Source: Sulfolobales archaeon
GTDB taxonomy: Archaea; Thermoproteota; Thermoprotei_A; Sulfolobales; NBVN01
Assembly: GCA_038841535.1 (NCBI GenBank)
Contig: JAWBTQ010000002.1
Coordinates: forward strand, 32,001-96,000
Length of the DNA: 64,000 nucleotides
Direction: 5' to 3'
Shown here piece by piece: positions 10,330 to 19,709 of the stretch (position 1 is its first letter; each line of letters opens with the position of its first letter). Made by a program: the position numbers and the translations under genes. The notes under the pieces were generated by a model. The model was not told the origin of the DNA and ran no database searches. It saw nothing but the letters and a program-made list of their open reading frames with translations.

Positions 10330-10560
10330 CTTAGTGTTTTGAGAAGAAATTACAAGCTTTAGGCTATCTCGATTATAAGTTATAAGCTAGAGCAGTATAT
10401 GATTTAAGTATAGAGTAGACGGAAACACCGACCTAAATAACCTTATGATAGCTTCTACCCTTAGATGGGGACTGCGGATCGTTAGTCCCGACGGCCATTC
10501 TATTCACGAACCTATGGGAGCACAAGGTCCCCTCGAGTTGACTGAGAGATATGAGATAGG
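10330..10560 (+). pseudogene. Possible decayed tnpB C-terminal fragment and 3' end
   Basis: IISYKLEQY resembles the TnpB IEYKA motif. The following LRWGLRIVSPDG and the GGGACT...AGTCCC stem resemble a tnpB tail. Confidence 0.3.
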
Positions 10561-10574
10561 GGATGTAGTCAGGA

Positions 10575-10720
10575 GGTTAGCTCTGGTGTTGATTTACACT
10601 GGGCAGTGTCATTGCCTCATCTCATTCCCCCGCATCCCGCTCGGGTTATCGGCTTGGGGGCGTTCAGGACGACTCCGGCACCCCGAATTTTGTGTATCTG
10701 ATGTCTGTGATCGCTCTTGA
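10575..10720 (-). mobile_element. IS605-type tnpB 3' end / omegaRNA-like remnant, family A copy 1
   Basis: Minus strand reads GAGVVLNAPKP...AGCGGMR. It shares an exact 16-mer CGGGATGCGGGGGAAT with 12420-12435 and ends AGAGCTAACC. Confidence 0.7.
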
Positions 10721-10791
10721 GTGAGCCGATTTTCAGCTTCCCTACGAGCTCCCATATCTTCATCGAGAAGCTTCTACGCACTATTCTATAA

Positions 10792-10813
10792 AGAGACACT
10801 TATAGGTGTCTCT
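10792..10813. repeat. Perfect 8-bp inverted repeat
   Basis: AGAGACAC-TTATAG-GTGTCTCT. Confidence 0.6.
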
Positions 10814-10921
10814 AACGCATTAGCGAGAGTAGCATCAATCACTACAAACCAATACAAAACCAGAAACAACTCTGCAGAGCACCAATAAAATGTAGAGACA
10901 AACTGTAGTAAACCGGGCTAT

Positions 10922-11356
10922 GTGCTTCCGGTTTTTTATGTCTTTCAAAGCTCGAGAAGTTATAGGGGCATGTACCTAGAGGTACTAGTGCTTTATAGGC
11001 TGGCTGGTAAGGTAGACTTGCTATATGCTTTAAAAGCTCTCTCTACTGGTAAATCGAGTTACCGAGAAGTCTCCGAGAGGTATGGAGTAAACCAGGGTTC
11101 CCTGGAGAACGTCTTCAGGGATGTATGTGGTGGGCGCTATCAGTTGTGCGTGAAGGTCTTGCCAACAGCTGTAGACGTAGTCTTATCGAGAGTGCCGTCC
11201 GTAGGTACTAGAGGCTACTGCGGTCTATGCGGTGTGGTCATCTCCAACTTACCTCTTCACTTAGGGAAAAAGCACAGAGATGTCGTAGAGTATTACACGA
11301 ACATGGTGCGTAGCGAAATAGCTGAGTTACTGAGGAAGGAGTTATTGGTTTCATGA
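10922..11356 (+). CDS. Small HTH plus C2H2 zinc-finger protein (true start probably 10970 or later)
   Basis: SYREVSERYGVNQGSL is HTH-like; YCGLCGVVISNLPLHLGKKH is Cx2C-x9-Hx4H. Confidence 0.6.
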   Translation: MLPVFYVFQSSRSYRGMYLEVLVLYRLAGKVDLLYALKALSTGKSSYREVSERYGVNQGSLENVFRDVCGGRYQLCVKVLPTAVDVVLSRVPSVGTRGYCGLCGVVISNLPLHLGKKHRDVVEYYTNMVRSEIAELLRKELLVS

Positions 11357-12166
11357 TTAGCCGAAGTTAAATTTCAATGAATATACGTCTTCTCTTCTAA
11401 GGCTCAGCAGTGGCAGGATTCTCCTAGCTTCGTGCACGTAGTCGACGTCTATTTCGTACTCTGCGTACTTCTCGCCTATCCCGAGGTCTAGTAAAACCAC
11501 ACCTAGAGGGTCCACGACCATGCTCCTACCGGTAAAGGTAGGCCCGAACTGGTTAGCAACTACTACGTAGTACACGTTCTCGCTAGCTCTACTGCGGGAC
11601 AGAAACTCGAGGGTTTCCTCTTTGAGGGGTCCGCTGTACCAAGCTGACGGTACGAAGACTACCTCAGCCCCCGAGAGGGCATAGTATCTAAAGACCTCTG
11701 GAAACCTGAGGTCAAAGCATACTGCGACAGCTGCCCTACACGACCTAACTTCGAATACCCTGCTTGGAGCATTCCCAGGAGTTACGTATTCAGATTCTCT
11801 ATAACCTAGAGAGTCGAATAGGTGTAGCTTTCTATACACTGCGATAACCTCTTCTCTAGGTGATAAGACGACGGCTGTATTGTACACTCTAGGGTATTCG
11901 GCTTTCTCAAAAAACGTAACGAGGACGTGCGTAGAGAACTCTTTAGCAAACCTCTTAAACTCTGAGATGTATGGTCCTTCTAAGTTCTCAGATTCTCCGT
12001 ATACCTCCTCTGGAGTGCGGCCACTTAGTGCGAGCATGGAGTACTCTGGGAGAACCACTATGTCGGCTTCAACTTTCTTAATTAACAGAAAAACTTTCTC
12101 TAGGTTAGCCCTCTTACTCGGAGAAGAACCGAACTGAAGAATACCGACCCTCAGGGCTCTACTCAA
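11357..12166 (-). CDS. Carbon-nitrogen hydrolase (nitrilase family; Nit1/omega-amidase-like)
   Basis: E-K-C triad: LPEY, YRKLHLFD, VCFDLRFPE. Confidence 0.9.
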   Translation of the reverse strand: MSRALRVGILQFGSSPSKRANLEKVFLLIKKVEADIVVLPEYSMLALSGRTPEEVYGESENLEGPYISEFKRFAKEFSTHVLVTFFEKAEYPRVYNTAVVLSPREEVIAVYRKLHLFDSLGYRESEYVTPGNAPSRVFEVRSCRAAVAVCFDLRFPEVFRYYALSGAEVVFVPSAWYSGPLKEETLEFLSRSRASENVYYVVVANQFGPTFTGRSMVVDPLGVVLLDLGIGEKYAEYEIDVDYVHEARRILPLLSLRREDVYSLKFNFG

Positions 12167-12249
12167 AGCCTTACCCAGTAGCTAACCAGATCCAGGTATA
12201 AAACCTTCTGAAACTGCCTAGTTTTGCACCACGCTTTCGGAGCGTTTGC

Positions 12250-12486
12250 GGATTAGCATAACCAATTTCCAGCTCGTGCTGCACTGGTGAGATCCCTGCC
12301 TTAGATGCGAGTGGATAGGAGTCAGTGACGCGATAGCATGTTCAAACCTATTCCTTAGGTACTCAAGGTGTGGGGTTCTAGGGAACTCTGAAAACCCCTA
12401 AGCCCGATTATGACCTGATCGGGATGCGGGGGAATTTAGATAAGGTAGTATAATCAAACAATATGAACTGATGTCAGAGCTGAACC
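12250..12486 (+). mobile_element. IS605-type tnpB 3' end / omegaRNA-like remnant, family A copy 2
   Basis: 12327 onward reads DAIACSNLFLRYSRCGVLG (RuvC-III D..A..NL). Contains CGGGATGCGGGGGAAT and ends AGAGCTGAACC. Homologous to 10575-10720 and 27075-27240. Confidence 0.75.
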
Positions 12487-12510
12487 ACATAACCAACGTA
12501 TTTAAATCTG

Positions 12511-13944
12511 TTGCTCCGGTTAACTAGTGAAGGTGTGAACCTCGTGACTGCGTTAATTGATTCGTTAATATTCGTGGCTTACTTGGCTGTTCTCTTAGTC
12601 ATCGGCTACATGACTACTAGGTGGACTAAGGGGTTCGAAGACTTCTCAGTAGCTGGGAGGAGGCTTAAGCTATGGTTAGCTTTCTCAACAGTTGCTGCTA
12701 CGTGGATAGGAGGCGGTATAACTATTGGTGTAGCCGCTAGAGCATACGCTGGCAGAATGATAGGTGCCTGGGGGACCACCATAGGCTTCGGGTCGACGCT
12801 AATACTCTTAGGGTTGCTCTACGCAGGTCCCCTACGCAAGCTTAGGCTTCATACTCTCGCTGACTACTACGCGTACAGGTTCGGTAAGTCCTGGCTTGGC
12901 GGGCTGTCTGGGGCATTGATGTACGTTGCTTACGTATTTGCTGTTACTGCTCAAGTAGTTGCTGGCGCAGTACTGCTTTCCGCAGTATTCGGCTGGGACT
13001 ATAGCGCCTCCGTTCTCGTGAGTGGTAGTGTCATAGTTGCCTACACGGTTATGGGGGGTCTCTGGGCTGTCGCTCTAACAGACTTCGTACAGATACTCCT
13101 TATCTTTGCTGGCGTCTTGGTAGCTACAGTTATTGGAGTAAGCTATGTCGGCTTAGATAAGCTATCGATACTAATTAGTGAAACCAAGGCCTTCGACCTC
13201 AGAGTGATACTAACTATAGACTTCTGGGCTCTATTTCTCGTCTTATCTCTAGGAGATATTCCAGCACCAGATCTCATACAGAGAGTCTACGCGTCTAAGG
13301 ACGAGAAAACAGCGAAGTTTTCATCTCTACTAGCAGGGTTCGCATACTATGCTGCTGGGGTGACCTCTGTACTAGTTGGACTAGTAGTTAAATACTTAAA
13401 GCCAGGTCTAGACGATCCGAACCTAGCATACCCGGTCTTGATCAAGTACTTTCTCCCAGTCGGTCTCTCAGGTCTAGTGCTCTCGGGGTTGATGGCAGCT
13501 GTAATGAGTAATGCGGACAGCATGCTCCTCGCTCCGTCTATAGTACTAGCCAAGAACATCGTAAGAGACTTATTCAAAAAAGACATGAGTGAGGAAGAGC
13601 TATTTAGAGTGAGTAGATATGCTGTAATAGTGCTAGGGGTTCTAGCCATAGTGGCGGGGCTAGCGAGAGCCGACGTCCTATACTGGCTAACTCTGGCCTT
13701 CGACGTCTTGTTTGCCAGTCTCTTCATACCCTTGACTCTCGGACTCTTCTGGGCAGGGTTTAACTGGCAAGGCGCTACAGCATCTATAGTCGTTGGCTCA
13801 GTCTCTAGACTGTTCCTAGAGTGGGCACTCAATGCCGAACTACTGGCTGAGTGGTGGATAGCTAGCCTGGGAGCACCCCTCGTTAGCTTAGTCGCGGGAA
13901 TGGCGGTATTCGTAATTACGAGAAGCCGATCTGAAAGAACGTAA
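12511..13944 (+). CDS. Sodium:solute symporter family protein (start probably GTG 12544)
   Basis: DFSVAGRRL, ATWIGGG, YTVMGGLWAVALTDFVQ, AAVMSNADS; about 13 TM. Confidence 0.9.
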   Translation: MLRLTSEGVNLVTALIDSLIFVAYLAVLLVIGYMTTRWTKGFEDFSVAGRRLKLWLAFSTVAATWIGGGITIGVAARAYAGRMIGAWGTTIGFGSTLILLGLLYAGPLRKLRLHTLADYYAYRFGKSWLGGLSGALMYVAYVFAVTAQVVAGAVLLSAVFGWDYSASVLVSGSVIVAYTVMGGLWAVALTDFVQILLIFAGVLVATVIGVSYVGLDKLSILISETKAFDLRVILTIDFWALFLVLSLGDIPAPDLIQRVYASKDEKTAKFSSLLAGFAYYAAGVTSVLVGLVVKYLKPGLDDPNLAYPVLIKYFLPVGLSGLVLSGLMAAVMSNADSMLLAPSIVLAKNIVRDLFKKDMSEEELFRVSRYAVIVLGVLAIVAGLARADVLYWLTLAFDVLFASLFIPLTLGLFWAGFNWQGATASIVVGSVSRLFLEWALNAELLAEWWIASLGAPLVSLVAGMAVFVITRSRSERT

Positions 13945-13977
13945 AAGAGAAGAAGAGAGAAAAACAGGCTTAGGACT

Positions 13978-15525
13978 TTAGGAGTACAGTATATTTTTGT
14001 ACTCTTCGAAAGTCCTAACCTCTTCCTGTGATGGCTTAGTAAGAGCTCTTACTACGAGGGCTATGACTATGTTGATAGCGAGGCCTAGCAACCCGGCAAC
14101 TGCTGCGTGGTAAGTGACAGGCATTCCGAAGTACTTCCCCGTCTGTACCGTAAAGAGCGTTACGATGATGGAGCCGGCCACGAAGCCTGCCACTGCTCCT
14201 TGTTTGTTTATTACTTTTCGCTTTGGGATGACCATCTGGATGGTCATCGGTACTAGCTGAAGGCCCCCGGCGACGGCTATTGCGGTTATATCGAAGATGA
14301 GTCCAGGCTTGAGTATGGCAAAGTACCAACCGACCAGCATCCAGACGAACATGAGGAGCCTGCTGATGAGCACGTATTCCTCTTCACGTCTACCTGGTCT
14401 AACGTACCTCTGGTATATGTCTCTCGTAAGCAGAAGTGACGTCGAGCCCAAGAACGAGTCGAGAGTAGACATAGCTGCCGCAGCAGCTCCTGCTAGTAGG
14501 AAACCTGCTACCGCTGGGTGCAGGAATGTAGTAATCATGGTAGCCATTATAGCATCATCGCTCCCGTACTTAGCCCTCAGGACGTCCATAAAGCCCTTCT
14601 CGAGGACGCCGGGCATGCCTACAGCGTTTACTACCGCTGCTGATAGCCCGATCATAGCTGCCGGTATGTAGTAAGACGATAGATAGAGTGCTGTCCCAAC
14701 GGCAGAAGCCTTAAGTATCCTCTCGTCTCGCGCTACGTAGTACTTTATCCAGAGATGCGGTAAAAGCATTAGACCCGGTCCGTAGATCATTATCGTTCCA
14801 AACATCATCAGCGGATCCCACTGCATAGTTAGTAGAGAAGGTTTCAGCGACCTAAGTTGGTTCATCACCTCTGGTAGTCCCCCCGGAGCTAATCTGCCGA
14901 TTATTAGAAGAGCCGCTAAAACTATACCCAAGTACATCCAAACACCCTGAAGAACGTCAGTCCAGTAGGCTGCTCTAAGACCTCCTAAAACCATGTAGAT
15001 GGTTGCCACGACCATCAGGATCAGAGACCCGTAGGCATAGGGGATCGCTCCGTTGCTCCCGATATCCAGTATGAGCCCCAGACCTACGGCTTGTACTACT
15101 ATGTAGGCTATCACGAAGAGAGCCATTATCACTGCTACTAGTACTCGAAGGAGTTCACTCCTATAGAAATCGGCTAAGCCGTCTGCTGGGGATATATGTC
15201 CTCTAGCTTTCCCCAGCTTCATGAGCCTTGTTCCAGCTAGGTACATGAACACTGCGGCCATAGTGGTCCAAGCAGATGAGGCAATCCAGAAAGTCACACC
15301 AGTCCTAGCGAATACAGCTACACTTGTCAGAAATGCGAACGCGCTATGATAAGTAGCGGCTGTAGCTAGAAACGTTACGATAGTTCCAGCACGCCTGCTG
15401 AGGATGTAGAAGTCCTCTAAAGACTTCTTTAACACTCGCCCAGATACATAGCCGATCAAAACGACCAGCAAGCAGTATACGAATATTATTACAGTAGTTA
15501 CTTGCCAGGCCTCCAAGCTAACCAC
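13978..15525 (-). CDS. Sodium:solute symporter family protein (PanF/MctP-like)
   Basis: HSAFAFL, GGLRAAYWTDVLQG, AAAMSTLDS. Confidence 0.9.
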   Translation of the reverse strand: MVSLEAWQVTTVIIFVYCLLVVLIGYVSGRVLKKSLEDFYILSRRAGTIVTFLATAATYHSAFAFLTSVAVFARTGVTFWIASSAWTTMAAVFMYLAGTRLMKLGKARGHISPADGLADFYRSELLRVLVAVIMALFVIAYIVVQAVGLGLILDIGSNGAIPYAYGSLILMVVATIYMVLGGLRAAYWTDVLQGVWMYLGIVLAALLIIGRLAPGGLPEVMNQLRSLKPSLLTMQWDPLMMFGTIMIYGPGLMLLPHLWIKYYVARDERILKASAVGTALYLSSYYIPAAMIGLSAAVVNAVGMPGVLEKGFMDVLRAKYGSDDAIMATMITTFLHPAVAGFLLAGAAAAAMSTLDSFLGSTSLLLTRDIYQRYVRPGRREEEYVLISRLLMFVWMLVGWYFAILKPGLIFDITAIAVAGGLQLVPMTIQMVIPKRKVINKQGAVAGFVAGSIIVTLFTVQTGKYFGMPVTYHAAVAGLLGLAINIVIALVVRALTKPSQEEVRTFEEYKNILYS

Positions 15526-15736
15526 CCCTTATGTCTATCATTGCGTATAGTACTATGACAGCTATTGCCACCAGCCACCACAGCAGCGAGTACGCGTAAG
15601 CAGCGCTAAGCCCCCACAGAGAAGCGTCAGGTCTATTGACTAAGTAGACACCGAACGCTGCTGCCCACACTATGACGACAACAAGGGTGTAGAGGAGGTC
15701 TCGGGACTTTCTATAAGAAGCCGGGCTCGAAGTCAA
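15518..15736 (-). CDS. Small 2-TM protein preceding the SSS gene (DUF3311/DUF485-like partner)
   Basis: 72 aa with two hydrophobic helices around NRPD..WG; overlaps the SSS start. Confidence 0.7.
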   Translation of the reverse strand: MTSSPASYRKSRDLLYTLVVVIVWAAAFGVYLVNRPDASLWGLSAAYAYSLLWWLVAIAVIVLYAMIDIRGG

Positions 15737-15844
15737 GGTTTCACTCAGAATAATTGGTTAGATTTAAAAATATATACCTTTTTTACTTACCCGCTTTGCC
15801 GTAGGCTTTTATTCTCAGTTAAGAACTCCTTTGTCGGGGGAATA

Positions 15845-16615
15845 GTGGTTAAGTTAGTTGATCTCAATACGGATGCTGGGGAGTCTTACGGAAGGTGGGT
15901 TCTAGTAGACGAGGACCAGCTGTTTAGGTATGTAACTTCTGCCAACATAGCGTGCGGTTTTCACGCAGGTGACCCAGTCAGTATATGGAAATCAATTAGG
16001 TTAGCTAAGTCTCTAGGGGTCTCAGTTGGTGCTCACCCAGGCTTTCCCGACCTGATGGGATTCGGGAGGAGAGAGATGGTTCTCTCTACTGAGGAACTGA
16101 AGTCCTACATGCTTTACCAACTGGGTGCTCTAGACGCATTTCTGAAGGTTGAGGGCATGAGAATGCAGCACGTAAAGGCCCACGGAGCTCTGTACAACAT
16201 GGCGTGGGTTAGAGAGGATTACGCTAGGGCTTTATCTGAAGCAGTCTATTCCTACAATCCGAGGCTCGTTTTAGTAGCTCCCTACGGGTCTGCTTCGGCC
16301 AGGGTAGCTGAGGAGCTCGGCATCAGGGTAGCATACGAGGCGTTCATAGACAGAGGTTACACTTCCGACGGAAGGCTGGCTCCGAGGGGTACTGCTGGTG
16401 CCTTAATCACGAATATCGAGAAAATACTCGAAAGAGTGGTGTCTATTGTTGATAAGGGAGTAGTCGTATCCGTCGACGGCAAGCCAGTTGAAGTCAGAGC
16501 TCATACCCTCTGTATACACGGAGATAGCCCAGGGGCCATCGAGATAGCTAGAGCTGTCAACCAGAAACTGCGGGAACTAGGGATCGGGCTAAGACCTATC
16601 GCCGAGATAGTGTAG
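15845..16615 (+). CDS. pxpA: 5-oxoprolinase subunit A (LamB/YcsF)
   Basis: DLNTDAGESYG, SANIACGFHAGDP, GAHPGFPD, HVKAHGALYN, TLCIHGD. Confidence 0.95.
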   Translation: MVKLVDLNTDAGESYGRWVLVDEDQLFRYVTSANIACGFHAGDPVSIWKSIRLAKSLGVSVGAHPGFPDLMGFGRREMVLSTEELKSYMLYQLGALDAFLKVEGMRMQHVKAHGALYNMAWVREDYARALSEAVYSYNPRLVLVAPYGSASARVAEELGIRVAYEAFIDRGYTSDGRLAPRGTAGALITNIEKILERVVSIVDKGVVVSVDGKPVEVRAHTLCIHGDSPGAIEIARAVNQKLRELGIGLRPIAEIV

Positions 16616-16618
16616 AGC

Positions 16619-17344
16619 ATGTCGAGAAGACACGCGGAAGTCAGGGTAGCTCGAAGTGGTGGCTACATAGTACACGTAGACATATGCGAAGAAGTTAGCA
16701 TGGAATGCGTCAGGGAGATGCACAAGCTCTACTACTCTATAAAGAAGGAACTAGCAGACATAGTCGACGAAGTCGTTCCCGGGGTCTCGTCTATAGCTGT
16801 GTACTACGATCCCAGGAAGATCTTTGGTGAAGCAGTAGAGTCTAGAATTAGGGAACTGTGGATATGGAGCAGGGGGGTAGATTTTGCGGAACTCCATAAA
16901 CCCAAGAGGTTCACTATACCAGTCGCCTACGGTGGCGAGTTCGGTCCCGATCTCCAGTTCGTCTCCAGCTGGTCTAAGCTCACTGAGGAGGAAGTAGTGG
17001 AACTACATACGTCTAGGGTTTACACTGTGATAACTCTAGGATTCACTCCAGGCTTCGTCTACATGGGTGAAGTAGATCCAGCAATCTCTGCCCCAAGACT
17101 GGAGACCCCAAGAGTTAAGATCCCCAAAGGCTCAGTGGGCATAGCTGGGAGGATGACAGGAGTTTACGGACTAGAGAGCCCCGGGGGGTGGAGGCTTATT
17201 GGGCGAACACCGCTGGCTATGTTCGATAGTAGGAGAGACCCACCCATACCGATATACCCCGGCGACGAAGTAGAATTTAAGCCTATCAAGCCCGAAGAGT
17301 TCGAGAAACTCTTGGGAGTATACGTTGGTGACTACAATGCGTAA
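16619..17344 (+). CDS. pxpB: 5-oxoprolinase subunit B
   Basis: IPVAYGGEFGPDL, GFTPGFVYM, GSVGIAG, SPGGWRLIGRT. Confidence 0.95.
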   Translation: MSRRHAEVRVARSGGYIVHVDICEEVSMECVREMHKLYYSIKKELADIVDEVVPGVSSIAVYYDPRKIFGEAVESRIRELWIWSRGVDFAELHKPKRFTIPVAYGGEFGPDLQFVSSWSKLTEEEVVELHTSRVYTVITLGFTPGFVYMGEVDPAISAPRLETPRVKIPKGSVGIAGRMTGVYGLESPGGWRLIGRTPLAMFDSRRDPPIPIYPGDEVEFKPIKPEEFEKLLGVYVGDYNA

Positions 17345-18311
17345 CATTCGAGTAGTGCACATAGCTGGCTACGCAACGGTTCAAGATCTGGGTAGAAGGG
17401 GGTATAGAGCTATAGGAGTCCCAGTCTCAGGAGCTCTTGACAGACTGTCCGCAGTATACGCTAACGCTCTAGTTGGCAACAAGCCGGGGGCTGCGGTAAT
17501 CGAGGTATCCGGAACCATGACGTTAGGTCTCCAAGGGGATGCCATAATGTCCGTTACCGGGGGCTATCCAAAGGTGTTTCTAGACAACGTGGAGGTAGAG
17601 CCCTGGACGCCTCTCTACTGCCGCCGGGGCAGTACTCTTCGTATATACCCGACTGGAGCTGGGCGTGTTCACTACGTAGCCATATCAGGCGGAGTTGTCT
17701 GTGAGGAAGTCCTGGGAAGTATGTCTACCTACACTAGGGGTGCTATGGGGTGCTTAGGCAGACCTCTAAAGCCCGGAGATATCTTAGATGTAGGTTCAGC
17801 TGATCCAGTCGAGGTATGGGAGAGAGTATCCGACCTAAGACCTCCCGAACAGCTGGTGAGTAGGTATGCTAAACCTGAGGCATCTCTGACTCTGAGGGCT
17901 ACCGCAGGTATTCATATGCACCTCTTAGAGGATGCAGATCTACTGTTACGTAGCGAGTACTTAATTACTCCAGAGAGCGATAGAATGGGCTACAGGCTTG
18001 ATGGAGAACCCCTCTCTTCGGCTAGAAGACTCGGGAGACTCCCGTCTGTACCAACCGATAGAGGATATGTACAAGTACCCCCAGACGGTAAGCCCATAGT
18101 GCTGATGTCTGACTCTCAGACAACGGGCGGTTACGCAGTAGCTCTCCACGTAATCCCGCAGGACACCGACTTCTTAGCGCAACTAAACCCGGGTCAGAGG
18201 GCTAGATTCAAGCTCATCGACCTAAGCGAGGCAGAAGCTAGTGTGAGAAATTACCTCGAGGAGATCGATAAGCCCCTCCTCTACCGGAAGGAGCTGGAGT
18301 ACTGGGGCTAG
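17325..18311 (+). CDS. pxpC: 5-oxoprolinase subunit C
   Basis: TVQDLGR.GY..GVP.SGALD, SDRMGYRL, QVPPDGKPIVLM.D.QTTGGY. Confidence 0.95.
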   Translation: MVTTMRNIRVVHIAGYATVQDLGRRGYRAIGVPVSGALDRLSAVYANALVGNKPGAAVIEVSGTMTLGLQGDAIMSVTGGYPKVFLDNVEVEPWTPLYCRRGSTLRIYPTGAGRVHYVAISGGVVCEEVLGSMSTYTRGAMGCLGRPLKPGDILDVGSADPVEVWERVSDLRPPEQLVSRYAKPEASLTLRATAGIHMHLLEDADLLLRSEYLITPESDRMGYRLDGEPLSSARRLGRLPSVPTDRGYVQVPPDGKPIVLMSDSQTTGGYAVALHVIPQDTDFLAQLNPGQRARFKLIDLSEAEASVRNYLEEIDKPLLYRKELEYWG

Positions 18312-18454
18312 CTCACTCGCTGCGGTATCCGGCTCTCTCACGATGTTTTAATACTGTAAAATCCGGAGGTATTCAGTAATCAGCCCAAAGAAGCTTTATC
18401 GCTTTCGTTAAAATAATGGTGCTGTGCGGCGTGCGCGCCGGTATCAGTAAGATC

Positions 18455-18930
18455 AATGTACATCCAGTGAAGAAGGTTGTGATAGTGCCTCGTTATGCTA
18501 TGAGTGGTGGAACGTCGATAGCTCTAAATGCCGTTGAGATAATAATGAACCCTGATGCGGTTTTGGACCTCTAGATCCCCAGCTTCAGGTAAGCAACGCA
18601 ATATCCCCGGCTCCCAGTTTGATAAGGGTAGCCAAGATAAAGAGTAGTGCGGCTAGCGATCACACAACGTCTTAGCGGACGTAGCCGAGAAGGCGATCAG
18701 GGAGGTTCAGGAGCTCATTGTTCAACTCCTCGAGGATAAGTTAGGTAGAGAAGGCTACTGAAGTAGCTTGCAACCTGACGGAGGGCTACTATATCCATGA
18801 TTACCCGATCACCGTTGGGGAGATTTAGAAACTAGGTCTAAACGTCAGGACGGAGGCACTACGAGAGTCATACGAATTGATGGAGCTATACCCGTAGGCA
18901 CTTCAACAGAGACCTGGCGTCGATACCTAC
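18455..18930 (+). pseudogene. Frameshifted SDH-family ClpP-fold serine proteinase pseudogene (C-terminal half)
   Basis: Across frameshifts: HPVKKVVIVPRYAMSGGTSIAL..EIIM.PDAVL/PLDPQL...LADVAEKAIREVQE...EGYYIHDYPITV...ELMELYP. Internal stops; absent from the ORF track. Confidence 0.85.
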
Positions 18931-19029
18931 AGCGACCACATGTTCCTTACTATGAGCGTGGTCCAGCAAGAGAATAGGCCTATGAGTGCTCAGCATCAGT
19001 TTAGACCAAGCCCTGGATTATAGTCAGAA

Positions 19030-19260
19030 CGTACTCGTTTTTGGTTAATCGTTTCCCGCTCTAGGTTTTTGTAGGTTTTCCTAGGGTGGGTTGTGCCTCC
19101 TACCCTGCGGTTCACTGTGGCTACCAACCACTCTACGCAGGTGTCATGGGCACCTTTCGAGCCCAACGGCACGGGGCTCACATCTAGCTCTACCTCTAGG
19201 TGTCTCGAAGTACCTCTCATCATCGTGAAGAAATCCCACAAAAACATTTATAAACCTAAC
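19030..19260 (-). mobile_element. Internally deleted tnpB mini-element: TATA box, start codons and structured 3' end
   Basis: TTTATAAA (19247-19254), ATGATG about 24 bp downstream, then LDVSPVPLGSKGAHD..VEWLVAT resembling crenarchaeal TnpB tails. Three stems and an A/C-rich tail follow. Confidence 0.6.
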
Positions 19261-19289
19261 ACACTAAAACAGTTGCCAACCCTATGGAG

Positions 19290-19400
19290 TTAGGAGGAGT
19301 CCTTAAGATTTAGACAAAGCTTCTTAAATCCGTCAATGAAAACTACGAGAAGTTTATGAACATGCTTGTGGGTCTGACGTTCCATAGGACTGTCGTAACT
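19290..19400 (+). pseudogene. Possible decayed tnpB fragment (RuvC-II region)
   Basis: Frameshifted VL(E)DLDK / LLKSVNENYEKFMNMLVGLTFHR resembles the TnpB 'VLEDL.KL..SVN....F...L....YR.L' segment. Confidence 0.4.
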
Positions 19401-19709
19401 TAGATAACTAAGGAGCTAGAGAATTGCGCTGGTTATGTAGCCCAACACGACTATTTAGGGTTTCATATCTCATGGCACTAGTTGAAGCAGAATCCTCTGC
19501 CACCAGCATTACTAAAACGTACAGGCTTTCTCTGCTATTTTGCCTACAGGAGCTACACTCGAGATATGGGACGTCCATGGTACTCTGTACGTGCTCGGGC
19601 TCGATGAGAACTAGAGCGGAATGCGAAGAAGCAAAACGAGACTCCAATGTCGTCCCACACAAAGCTATATGATAGCTTACCCCTAAGGCTTGAACTCGCT
19701 ACTCTAGCT

